NCBI GenBank assembly: GCA_002689345.1
Contig: NZFU01000034.1
Coordinates: 1-51,035, forward strand
DNA from: Methanobacteriota archaeon
GTDB taxonomy: Archaea > Thermoplasmatota > Poseidoniia > Poseidoniales > Poseidoniaceae
Length of the DNA: 51,035 nucleotides
Direction: 5' to 3'
A program made the position numbers and the translations under genes. The notes beneath the pieces were generated by a model. It searched no databases, was not told the DNA's origin, and saw only the letters and a list, made by a program, of their open reading frames with translations. Of this stretch, positions 29,755 through 38,858 are shown piece after piece (positions within the stretch are counted from its first letter, which is position 1; each line of letters starts with the position of its first letter).

Positions 29755-30339
29755 TCAGTAGGTTTCACGCATCAATTTGTGAATTTTGTAAGGAAGCAAT
29801 GCGCGATTGACAGGAGTCACTTCAAGAATTCGTGCATCATCTCTTCTTCTAATATCTTGTAAGAGAGGGTGTCGGCTTTTTTTGTGAAGTGCAAGAAGCG
29901 TAGGCTTGTCTACCTGTAGAGCAGATCTAACTACATTGACAAAATTTTCAGATTCGACGGCGAATTTTCCAATTTCATCAATCACGATAACTTCAGAATA
30001 ATCTCTAGCATTCTCAATGGCCGGTATTGCTACACTGTCCAATGCTTCGGTATCAATTCCATATCCTAGGACTCTCAACCTACTATCGATGCCTTTGTGA
30101 GCCATTACGGCTTCATTTCCGGTATTGATATCGATTACTTTGTACCCAACTCGCTCAGAATTTTCCACCAATGGCTCGGTTCGCATCCCACCAATAATGT
30201 CTGTATTTGCTCCATCTCCGCCTCTGGCATTGATTTCACGTCGCCTTTCGTCTTCCAGCATTTCTAGTACCTTAGCAAGTACTGCTGATTTGCCAGACCT
30301 TGGAAGTCCGGTGATTCCGATTTTTGGATGTATTCCCAT
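29755..30339 (-). CDS. nucleoside-triphosphatase (THEP1/NTPase_1 family)
   Basis: ITGLPRSGKS Walker A, GGMRTE, VIVIDEIGKF Walker B. Confidence 0.9.
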   Translation of the reverse strand: MGIHPKIGITGLPRSGKSAVLAKVLEMLEDERRREINARGGDGANTDIIGGMRTEPLVENSERVGYKVIDINTGNEAVMAHKGIDSRLRVLGYGIDTEALDSVAIPAIENARDYSEVIVIDEIGKFAVESENFVNVVRSALQVDKPTLLALHKKSRHPLLQDIRRRDDARILEVTPVNRALLPYKIHKLMRETY

Positions 30340-30561
30340 TAATGTTCACTCTCAAAATTGAAAATGCGAATTGCGCTGATTGCTTCGAGGGAGGTACTGA
30401 TAATAAAACATAGGGGGAAAATCACGCTTTTTCTTGATTCCGGAAACTTCAACCCAACATCCGTCAATATAATCTAGCAACTGGGACGGAACTAAATTCA
30501 GACTAAACTTAAGATGGAATTCCTACAATGAACTATTTTTGAACAGTATCCGAATAATCCA

Positions 30562-31020
30562 TCAAAGAATATTTTCATCTCCAGGCATTGGCAAAGCAAT
30601 AATCGCGCGCCCCTCAGCAGATAGTTTCCAAGACTCGGACACCCAATCTAGAATTTCAGACAATTCTTTCTCAGACAAGCCAGCAGCATCCGAAATTCGT
30701 CTTAACGCCCACAATTCAGATTCGTCATAATCTCCATCGACAGATGCCAATAAGGCCGAATCCCGCAAGGCGATTCTAACTGCTGAAACTTCCATATCTT
30801 CCAAAACCGAATCTAATTCTGGTGGTTGAGTTAGTAATTGACGAACTTCTTCTCTACTTTCAGGGTGAAGCATCATGGCACCCATGGCCGACTCAATCGC
30901 AGAAATCTCTTCTCTAACTAATGCGCCATCCGCAGCAGCAACTAACACTAGAGTGCTAGCAATTTTTCGTCGCTGCTCTTCGGCAAGAGCAAGCGCAGCA
31001 TCAGGAAGCAGAAAAATCAC
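30562..31020 (-). CDS. TerB-like protein
   Basis: AAADGALVREE and ASVDGDYDESE duplicated ADG..E metal-site motifs. Confidence 0.75.
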   Translation of the reverse strand: MIFLLPDAALALAEEQRRKIASTLVLVAAADGALVREEISAIESAMGAMMLHPESREEVRQLLTQPPELDSVLEDMEVSAVRIALRDSALLASVDGDYDESELWALRRISDAAGLSEKELSEILDWVSESWKLSAEGRAIIALPMPGDENIL

Positions 31021-31448
31021 CTTGAAAGATCATTCAACAAATCATATCCCGCTTGCATCCAGGCATAGCCGTCAACGGTCCAAGCAAGCAATCTGTTGAT
31101 TGCATCAGGTTGTAAATCCAAGTGTTCAGCAATTTCTTCCAAAGCTTCCCTTTCATCTTCATCAACGGTTCCATCAGACGCAGCCATTAGTACAGCATCT
31201 CTCAACGCAAGTCTTCCAGCTTCATCCCCAAGATCCTCTAAACATTCCTCTAGGGGTGGCGGATTTTTCAAAGCTCTTCGAATCATATCCCTTTGTTTCG
31301 GTGATAATAATGCAGTACCAAGTCGTTGTTCAAACATTGACATCTCTTCGACGGTTAATTCATTATCAACACGCGTCATGAAAGCCAAAAGTTTGGCATA
31401 AGCGAATCGTTCGGCCTGCGGCAACTTGTGTACTGTGTCGGGCAGCAT
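31017..31448 (-). CDS. TerB-like protein
   Basis: RVDNELTVEE and AASDGTVDEDERE motifs; ATG 31448 preferred (TTCAAG element ~27 bp upstream). Confidence 0.75.
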   Translation of the reverse strand: MLPDTVHKLPQAERFAYAKLLAFMTRVDNELTVEEMSMFEQRLGTALLSPKQRDMIRRALKNPPPLEECLEDLGDEAGRLALRDAVLMAASDGTVDEDEREALEEIAEHLDLQPDAINRLLAWTVDGYAWMQAGYDLLNDLSR

Positions 31449-31528
31449 GTAGGTGGCGTGTACGGCGCATGACTTGAATGCCTCGCTATAATCGAGCCCT
31501 TCAAATGCTACTATTCGAGCGAACAAAT

Positions 31529-31849
31529 ATGGCCGATGTTGTCGTATATACTAACAAAGGCTGCCCCTCATGTGTTAATGCTAAACATTACCTTGATAGA
31601 AAAGGCGTAAATTATACAGAGAAAAAGTTAGGCAAATCGAAAAAAACCGATATTGAATTTTCTTTACGAACAAATAATGCAAAACAGATTCCTCAGATAT
31701 TTATCAACGATGAATGGATTGGTGGTTTTGACGATCTTGTTCGGTATGATAAAGCCGGAGAACTCGACTGGAGATTAGGTCTCAGTGCGCGCAAAAACGT
31801 CGGGTTCACAAAGGGGATTATTCGTTTTCTAAAGGGTGAGAAATATTGA
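31529..31849 (+). CDS. glutaredoxin
   Basis: VVVYT..CPSC, QIPQIFIN..IGGFDDL; ATG 31529 with TTCAAAT ~27 bp upstream. Confidence 0.9.
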   Translation: MADVVVYTNKGCPSCVNAKHYLDRKGVNYTEKKLGKSKKTDIEFSLRTNNAKQIPQIFINDEWIGGFDDLVRYDKAGELDWRLGLSARKNVGFTKGIIRFLKGEKY

Positions 31850-32240
31850 CTTCTTTGAATGCGATTTCTCTCTGGCCTAAATAATTCAAGAATCCCCACA
31901 AACTTGAATTCAATAGGAAAAAGATACGTTCGTCGAATCCCCAAATAACGGTCCCGATATAATACCAAGCAGTCGAGCCAACTCCTCCAATGATATAGAG
32001 GGCCATAGTTGCTGGAATGGTCCATCGAATATCTCGCTTCGAATCAAATGTCCAAGTTCTATGAGTCCAATGTGCTTGGAGAGAGCCGAATAACCAGGCA
32101 ATCGCCCAAGAGACAGTTGGCCAGACGCCACCGTCGGGTAGAATGAACAAGAATAATTCCCAAAGAGAGTAGAATACTAGGAAATTAACCATTGCAGTAG
32201 CTACATACCTTCGAAAGGTGCCATGTTCTGGTAGCATCAA
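31818..32240 (-). CDS. GtrA-family membrane protein (putative lipid-linked sugar flippase)
   Basis: TFRRYVATAMVNFLVF...HRTWTF, four TM segments, lies in a sugar-nucleotide cluster. Confidence 0.7.
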   Translation of the reverse strand: MMLPEHGTFRRYVATAMVNFLVFYSLWELFLFILPDGGVWPTVSWAIAWLFGSLQAHWTHRTWTFDSKRDIRWTIPATMALYIIGGVGSTAWYYIGTVIWGFDERIFFLLNSSLWGFLNYLGQREIAFKEVNISHPLENE

Positions 32241-33061
32241 TCATCCTCCGTTACAACATCTGAGGGTTTTCCTGTGGCGATGTTCCGAAGAGCCGCGTTG
32301 TCATTTTGAATAGCATCAAGAAGATCATAATCAACACCAAGATTACGCGCTAACTCTCTAAGTGCTAAGGTGTCTTTAGGCAAACATTTCCCGCCAAAAC
32401 CTCTGTTCAGGCCCATTATTGGGTTTAGGTGCGAGTCGCCAATAGGTTGGTCTTGTGGAGTTGTAATGATATTACTGATAACAGACCACTCAATCCCCAT
32501 CGCTTTACAGATATCATGCATTTGATTTGCGAAAACCACTTTCAAGGCATAGAAGTTATTCTTGGTATATTTGACCATTTCAGCTTCAGTACTGCCGACG
32601 TGAAAAGTCTGTTCTCCAACCAATACCCCTGCCAATTTATGTTGCTCAAATACCAAATTAGCAACCTCTTCATGAATAGTCCCGACCACGAGAATTTTTT
32701 GATTTGCAAAATCTTCTAATCGTTGCCTCTCAACCAAAAACTCTGGTGAATATGCTAATTTTAGAGAAGGATACACGGCTTGCAATTTTTCGGTTGTACC
32801 AGGAATTACTGTACTCTTGATTACTGCGATAAAACCGTCTGGCAAGGCGTCTAGAATTTCTTCAACAATACTCGTGTCGCACGAACCATCGTCATTTGCA
32901 GGAGTCGGAACTGCAATGTAGGCCATGTCACAATTATCTGTTATGTTTGATAATTCAGTGCCCCTTGCTGGATCGTGAACAAATAACTCATGAGCGTCAG
33001 CAAAGCAATGTTCAATTGCCCCACCAACCATTCCAGCACCTATTATTCCAACACGCATCAT
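32237..33061 (-). CDS. UDP-glucose/GDP-mannose dehydrogenase family protein (short form, no C-terminal domain)
   Basis: GAGMVG, IAVPTP, KSTVIPGTT, YSPEFL, AEMVKY..N, GFGGKCLPKD (catalytic Cys). Confidence 0.88.
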   Translation of the reverse strand: MMRVGIIGAGMVGGAIEHCFADAHELFVHDPARGTELSNITDNCDMAYIAVPTPANDDGSCDTSIVEEILDALPDGFIAVIKSTVIPGTTEKLQAVYPSLKLAYSPEFLVERQRLEDFANQKILVVGTIHEEVANLVFEQHKLAGVLVGEQTFHVGSTEAEMVKYTKNNFYALKVVFANQMHDICKAMGIEWSVISNIITTPQDQPIGDSHLNPIMGLNRGFGGKCLPKDTLALRELARNLGVDYDLLDAIQNDNAALRNIATGKPSDVVTEDD

Positions 33062-33759
33062 TACATCTCCCGAATAACAAAAACACCTTCTTCGACCAAT
33101 CGGGCGGCGCGTTGAAGACTTTCAGGAGTCCCGCAATCAATCCAGGTATTCTCTCCCACAGAAATAACCCTAGCACTCCCTTCTACTAGGTATTGTCTAG
33201 TGACATCGGAAATTGAAAAATTTGGACCATCTTGTACAGAATCTAGACGATTCCAGAAACTTTCATCGAACATGTATATTCCTCCAATCGCTAGATTACT
33301 TGGCGGCTCAGAAGGCTTTTCAATAACATCGACAACCTTCTGATCCTCTACAACTGCAATTCCAAAATCTTCTGGATTTTCGACTTCTCTTGTTAGTAGA
33401 ACAGCGCCACTTTCAAAGCTGTCAACGTAATCTTTGAGAACCATATTTGTGATATTATCTGAGAACCAAATCAGCAGGGGTGCATCTTCGTTTCCAGCTC
33501 TTGCTAATTGTAAAGCAGCGGCAACGCCTCGAGGCTCTTCTTCAAGGACGTAATTTACTTCATTTCCCACGTGATTTTTTATTTTTTCAATAAATTTGTT
33601 TCCGATAATTGTGATTTCAGTAATGCCGGCATTATGTATTGTTGATAACGCATAATCAATTATTGGACGGCCACAAAGCGGAAGCAATGTTTTGTGAGTA
33701 TAGTTAGTCATAGGAAGCAATCTACTTCCATGACCCCCTGCTACTATGATGGCCTTCAT
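33061..33759 (-). CDS. sugar-1-phosphate nucleotidyltransferase (RfbA/RmlA-like)
   Basis: MKAIIVAGGHGSRLLPMT..KTLLPL, EEPRGVA, DFGIA, IEKP, WIDCGTPESL; ATG at 33759. Confidence 0.88.
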   Translation of the reverse strand: MKAIIVAGGHGSRLLPMTNYTHKTLLPLCGRPIIDYALSTIHNAGITEITIIGNKFIEKIKNHVGNEVNYVLEEEPRGVAAALQLARAGNEDAPLLIWFSDNITNMVLKDYVDSFESGAVLLTREVENPEDFGIAVVEDQKVVDVIEKPSEPPSNLAIGGIYMFDESFWNRLDSVQDGPNFSISDVTRQYLVEGSARVISVGENTWIDCGTPESLQRAARLVEEGVFVIREM

Positions 33760-33790
33760 CCTCTGACCCTCGACGCTGCCGTTTATTGAA

Positions 33791-34462
33791 TCACTGGGAG
33801 TCAGAGTCTTGGTTTGCCACTTTGGAGAACGCTCCATCTTCAGCATTTTTCTCAAAGTATTCAGTTCTGACCAAATCTCCTAACCGCTCAACACCGTATT
33901 CAATCAAATCAGGGTCGTTTGCTTCCGCCCTTTCCCATCTTTTTTGTGCAGATTCTGCATATTCGGTATTGGCTGCAGCTACCATTTTTTCGCCAGAGGT
34001 TAATTCCCCTTCCAAGCCCGAATATTTTCCACCCTCTACAATTGCATCTCTCCTCACAGGCTCATGCCCTAATTTGAAATCGGTTTTCCCCCAATCCGGG
34101 CCAGTTGGATCGCTCCCTCTTGTTCTGATTGGATTTAATTCCTCAATATCAGAAGAAATCCATTCTGAAAGATGTTCCATGTATGCCTCAAATCTTTCGA
34201 CCCTATCGTCAATGTCTAAGAGATGAGTCATGTCATATTTCTGTGCAAAGGTTTCTTCGTTTTGATGAAGGAATAGTCCCACTAGTACACTGGCAATACC
34301 CCCGCCAAGAAGTAACAAATGAATCCCCATGACCAAAGGGTCTTCTTTTCTCAAGCCGATAATTATTGCAAAGGTAACGGCAAGAATACCAATTCCTAAG
34401 AATAGAGAATATACCTTTGAACGCAATTTTAAGCGTGCTAATTCTCGAATCGAAGCGTGCAT
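33791..34462 (-). CDS. hypothetical membrane protein (2 TM)
   Basis: 223-aa ORF in a co-oriented run; two N-terminal hydrophobic segments. Confidence 0.65.
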   Translation of the reverse strand: MHASIRELARLKLRSKVYSLFLGIGILAVTFAIIIGLRKEDPLVMGIHLLLLGGGIASVLVGLFLHQNEETFAQKYDMTHLLDIDDRVERFEAYMEHLSEWISSDIEELNPIRTRGSDPTGPDWGKTDFKLGHEPVRRDAIVEGGKYSGLEGELTSGEKMVAAANTEYAESAQKRWERAEANDPDLIEYGVERLGDLVRTEYFEKNAEDGAFSKVANQDSDSQ

Positions 34463-34471
34463 AGGACCAAC

Positions 34472-35098
34472 TCAACCCAACAGGGACATGATGGCGTCAG
34501 TCATTGCAGGTGTTGAATTATTCTCTTGTGTGAGTACCGAATCGCGCATATTGATATTCTGGCGAGGCTCTAGGGCTAATTTTTCTAGTACCATAGAAAG
34601 TACTTCTTGAACTCTAGTCGTTTGTTGGCCTTGAGATATAATCATCCTCTCCAGAGATTCAAGAGTTTCAAAAGAACGATTGTTAGACATATCAAGAGCA
34701 ACTTTTTGCGCAGTCATCGCTTCTTCTTGGCGCGTTAGTAATTCCCTTGCAGCCGGACTTCCTATCGCATCTCTGCGATGTAATTCTTCTAAAGCACCCC
34801 TAAGCTCGTTTGTGGTTAGATCGAGAGCCCTTTTCATATCGCAAATCTGGTCGATTGCGATATTTAATTCAGATTGCAATGAAGTCGCTTTATTCCGAAG
34901 ATGACCTTTGGCATTTGCCTGGAACATCGACTCAGCAAAAAATGCAGAAAAAACGCCTACACTGATAGCCACCTTTTGGCTTACAGGCACCATTGACATA
35001 ATTCCCCAAGCAGTTACTCCAATTATTGCAGATCGTGTTAAGCCCATCATAATTAATGTAGCATTCCGGTATATATTGAGCCATAGCAGGGAGTCCAT
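34472..35098 (-). CDS. hypothetical membrane protein with coiled coil and QNINMRDSV motif
   Basis: 208-aa ORF; 2 TM-like segments, then a heptad-rich region. Confidence 0.6.
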   Translation of the reverse strand: MDSLLWLNIYRNATLIMMGLTRSAIIGVTAWGIMSMVPVSQKVAISVGVFSAFFAESMFQANAKGHLRNKATSLQSELNIAIDQICDMKRALDLTTNELRGALEELHRRDAIGSPAARELLTRQEEAMTAQKVALDMSNNRSFETLESLERMIISQGQQTTRVQEVLSMVLEKLALEPRQNINMRDSVLTQENNSTPAMTDAIMSLLG

Positions 35099-35113
35099 GG
35101 GCCCCCATAGATT

Positions 35114-35773
35114 TCACTCGTCAGGAATGAAACAATCATCGTCTATCTCATGAATTTGACCAGTCATTAAGAGGTGATCCAAAGCCTCATCACATTCTTC
35201 CTGAGAGATTCCATTGCCTAATAGTGGCGAAAATAACTCATCTAATTCAGCCCAATTCGCTCCATTTCCAACTTTATCTTGAGCAATTATCAACATCATT
35301 TGTGCAGTTACTGCCAATAAAGGATCATCACATCCATAATCTGGAAGCAGATTGATGAATGTACCCGCCGGGTGCGGTTCCTCATCAACAATATCTTCGA
35401 TTCTATTTGTTAGATGTTTAAGTGGTAAAGGAATATCGAAACAATCAAACAAATTGGTTTGGCCCTTTGGTATCTCGCGAATATCCTGCGGCATTAACCT
35501 CTTAGCTAATCTTTCAAGGCGATGCATTCGTTGTTCTAATTGAATACGCTCCCGCTCAATATCTAATTCCATTAATGCTAAATCTTCATTGGCTTTTTTG
35601 ATTAACCAGTCTTCGATATCAAAATTTGGATCAACACCAATCATTGCATCTGCAAGTCGCTTTACGGCGAGTGGCATTTGGTCGACACGCACTCGTCCTT
35701 CGGATTTATCGCGATTGTCCTTAACCATGCTAGTAAGCGGTGCTGTGGCGCTCCATAAAGGTACAGTTTGCAT
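35114..35773 (-). CDS. hypothetical protein with coiled coil and C-terminal winged-helix-like domain
   Basis: 219-aa ORF; C-terminus EECDEALDHLLMTGQIHEIDDDCF. Confidence 0.65.
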   Translation of the reverse strand: MQTVPLWSATAPLTSMVKDNRDKSEGRVRVDQMPLAVKRLADAMIGVDPNFDIEDWLIKKANEDLALMELDIERERIQLEQRMHRLERLAKRLMPQDIREIPKGQTNLFDCFDIPLPLKHLTNRIEDIVDEEPHPAGTFINLLPDYGCDDPLLAVTAQMMLIIAQDKVGNGANWAELDELFSPLLGNGISQEECDEALDHLLMTGQIHEIDDDCFIPDE

Positions 35774-35915
35774 TCAAAGGGTGTACTTCGATTGGAGTAG
35801 TGTAACACTGCGCGGTTGTGACACCCCTTAACTCCCTCCAGTGGACAATAACCTCTATCTTACTCCGAATCTTTCTCGGGCGCGCGTTCATGTAGGTGCG
35901 GCTTATGGCAGGGAT

Positions 35916-37097
35916 ATGAGCGACCACCGTATCGCAATCTTGCCCGGCGACGGAACAGGCAGAGAAGTAGCGGTGGAGGCGATGCGAATATTGGACGCAG
36001 TCCAAGCTCACACAAATCATGGCTTCGAACAGGTTTTGATACCTTGTGGGGGCCAGCATTATACCGAGACCGGAGAAGAATGGGCTGAAGGCTCATTCGA
36101 ATTCTGTCGAGATGACGCCGATGCCATTTATCTTGGAGCAATTGGATATCCTGGCGCAAGACTGCCTAACGGGGATCTAGCGGGAGGCTCGGTAATTCTA
36201 GGAATGAGATCCGGTCTAGATTTGTATGCAAATGTTAGACCAATCAAACTCTATGAAGGAGTTCCTCACAAAGTCCATGGCCGCTTTACACAAATTTGGG
36301 AACCAGGTATGGTAGATATGACAATCCTGCGTGAAAATACGGAGGGACTGTACCATTCACTATTGCGCCGAAGTGCAGATAGAGCACTAGGCCGAGAAGA
36401 ATACATCCCTCCTGAAATGACATTCCCCGGATTAGAAGGAGAAGTTGCATATGACCCTAGACCGATTTCTGCCAATGGTACAGAGAGGCTAGTAAAGATG
36501 GGATTTGAAATCGCTGAAAATAGAAATGGTTCTCCTGCCGATGGTACCAAGAGGGTTTCATGCATAGACAAAAGCAATGTCACCAGAGGGTGCCAATTAT
36601 TCCGCAGAGTTTTCGATAATGTAGCATCATCTTATCCAGGAATCGAAACAGATTATGGGTATATTGATGCATTTATGCAATGGCTCACTCGAACCCCTGA
36701 GTATTATGATGTCGTAGTATCATCCAACATGTTTGGTGATATTGCTACCGATTTAGGAGCCGTACTTCAAGGAGGAATGGGCATGGCGGCGTCAGGAAAC
36801 ATTGGAGATAAGCACGCCTTTTTCGAACCAGTACATGGCAGTGCTCCAAAGCACGCAGGCCAAAATAAAGTCAATCCAATTGCTAGTATTAATTCAATAC
36901 AGATGATGCTAGATTGGCTCGGTCGCAAAAATGGAGAGGAAGAACTCGTTCAAATCGCCAAATTAATCGATAATAGTGTTGCAGAACACCTCAAGGATGG
37001 AAAATCGCTAACTTATGACTTGGGCGGAACAGCGTCCTGTAGTGATGTTGGAAAATCCATCGCGGAACTACTTTCAAATAAATTGAAAGAGTTGTGA
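35916..37097 (+). CDS. isocitrate/isopropylmalate (beta-decarboxylating) dehydrogenase family protein
   Basis: IAILPGDGTGREV, LYANVRP, RENTEGLY, DKSNV, NMFGDIATD, FEPVHGSAPKHAG; ATG 35916. Confidence 0.92.
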   Translation: MSDHRIAILPGDGTGREVAVEAMRILDAVQAHTNHGFEQVLIPCGGQHYTETGEEWAEGSFEFCRDDADAIYLGAIGYPGARLPNGDLAGGSVILGMRSGLDLYANVRPIKLYEGVPHKVHGRFTQIWEPGMVDMTILRENTEGLYHSLLRRSADRALGREEYIPPEMTFPGLEGEVAYDPRPISANGTERLVKMGFEIAENRNGSPADGTKRVSCIDKSNVTRGCQLFRRVFDNVASSYPGIETDYGYIDAFMQWLTRTPEYYDVVVSSNMFGDIATDLGAVLQGGMGMAASGNIGDKHAFFEPVHGSAPKHAGQNKVNPIASINSIQMMLDWLGRKNGEEELVQIAKLIDNSVAEHLKDGKSLTYDLGGTASCSDVGKSIAELLSNKLKEL

Positions 37098-37100
37098 AAA

Positions 37101-37850
37101 TCAATTAAATTTGTCAGACATCGTTTCTACGATGTGATCTAAAGCAGATTGTAGCGCTTTGTCGTTTTTCCATTTTGTAGGCGCGGGCTTCTTTGGAATT
37201 AATTGTATGAGATTTTTTGTCACCCTAGTAACCTCGTCTACAATTCCAACAGTACCCGTTCTAGCTGAACGAGACAGGGGATTTAGATCGATTACTAAGA
37301 CCTCTTTACCCATAGCGATTAATGCTTCACAACGATCGCCATCTTCCAAAGGAACAAGAATGGTATCTGCTTCAAAAATCCCCTCGGATTGACATGCCCC
37401 ACGTGGACCTTCTAATCCAGGAATTCTTGCGTCCGGTATTCCTCCTAGAATTTCAACATCAAGACCTAATTTGGCATTTAGCATTTTCAAGTGACCAATT
37501 AACGCACCCATTCTTTCTGGAGTTCGATAAAAGATATTGATTTCAATTGGACAACCAAGTTGACTTGCAATCGTCAAAAAATCTTGACCGGCTAATGCGA
37601 TTGCATTTCCATTAAGTGACAGTACTGGCCGCTTAGCTTTGACTAGACGGGCAGCGGCTTCCTTGGTAGCATCCATTGCTGAAGGGATTGTTTGTTCCCC
37701 TAATAGGTAATCAAAAGCTTCCCCTCTACCATGTGCAATCATGGCAGAGTCTGCTAACATGCCCTTTGCCCCGGCTTCTGCAACTTTTTTTCTAATCATT
37801 AGGGATTCATATCTTGGATGGGTAGGGTCGACAATATCTTCTTCACTCAT
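37101..37850 (-). CDS. archaeal phosphopantothenate synthetase (4-phosphopantoate--beta-alanine ligase)
   Basis: HPRYESL, IAHGRGEAFDYLLGE, VPLEDGDR, IDLNPLSRSA. Confidence 0.92.
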   Translation of the reverse strand: MSEEDIVDPTHPRYESLMIRKKVAEAGAKGMLADSAMIAHGRGEAFDYLLGEQTIPSAMDATKEAAARLVKAKRPVLSLNGNAIALAGQDFLTIASQLGCPIEINIFYRTPERMGALIGHLKMLNAKLGLDVEILGGIPDARIPGLEGPRGACQSEGIFEADTILVPLEDGDRCEALIAMGKEVLVIDLNPLSRSARTGTVGIVDEVTRVTKNLIQLIPKKPAPTKWKNDKALQSALDHIVETMSDKFN

Positions 37851-37863
37851 ATTCTTAGCCTCA

Positions 37864-38805
37864 TTAATTATCTACTAGCATGGACAAATCTAGAGGAATT
37901 GTCCCGCGGTTGATTGTGCTTGTTGAGAGAACATCCAGTCCACATTCTCGCCAATCTTCAATATTCTCAAGGAGAATTCCACCACTTGCTTCTAGAACGA
38001 CATGTTCTCGTAATCCCATTTCAGTTAGTTCATCAGCTACCGCTTTACATCTCTCTGGGTCAAAATTATCTAGCATGATAACTAGTCTATCACAACCATC
38101 GATAATTCTCTTTTCAGACCATGTAAATGCAGCCATTATCGCCTCTTTCTCTTCACGAACTTCGACTTCTAAGAATGCACCACATTCTGAAGGGTTTACT
38201 TCGGAAAGGAACTTTGAGATACGGGCGCCATTACTATCAATATCTGGATACATTACAGCAAGATCATTTTCTTTAATCATCATCGCATCTTGCTTTGTTA
38301 ATCTGTGAGTTAAACCTCCTCCGAGGTGCACGGCCCATTTATCCAGCAATCCCCAAATCGTTTTGCGAGTACATGCGATTTGACCCGGGGCTTTAGAAGA
38401 CCATTTCTTTGCCTCAGTGGCAATGCCGGAAAGTTGGCCAAGAATATTCAAAATACTCCTTTCCATAGCCAATACTGCATGTTTCTCACCGCTAATTTTA
38501 GCAATTTCATCTCCGCCACTAATGCTTCTTCCTTCACCATGACTCCAAGATATTTGCAAACCACCAGCCCATATCTGAAGCATGTGATCTACAGCTGCGC
38601 AACCAGCCAAAATACCACTACTACGTGCGATAATAGTGGCTTCAATATTCTGATTACCTCCCATGAATGGCATATCTATGCCATCGTCTGCAAGTAATGC
38701 ACTTGTCCATCTATCCATGCTAGATATTAGCATTCGACTAGGGCCGGACGAAGCATCCCATAAAAGCGAGCCCCTATCATGAGGGGGTGGTACTTTCCCG
38801 GCCAT
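37864..38805 (-). CDS. nadC: quinolinate phosphoribosyltransferase (nicotinate-nucleotide diphosphorylase)
   Basis: ERSILN, CTRKT, GGGLTHR, MIKEN, EVEV, IMLDNF, EASGGI; start 38805 preferred. Confidence 0.85.
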   Translation of the reverse strand: MAGKVPPPHDRGSLLWDASSGPSRMLISSMDRWTSALLADDGIDMPFMGGNQNIEATIIARSSGILAGCAAVDHMLQIWAGGLQISWSHGEGRSISGGDEIAKISGEKHAVLAMERSILNILGQLSGIATEAKKWSSKAPGQIACTRKTIWGLLDKWAVHLGGGLTHRLTKQDAMMIKENDLAVMYPDIDSNGARISKFLSEVNPSECGAFLEVEVREEKEAIMAAFTWSEKRIIDGCDRLVIMLDNFDPERCKAVADELTEMGLREHVVLEASGGILLENIEDWRECGLDVLSTSTINRGTIPLDLSMLVDN

Positions 38806-38858
38806 ATTTGCGGCTAGAGGTACGAGGACTTCATGGTTATGCACCCCGTGGGGTGACC

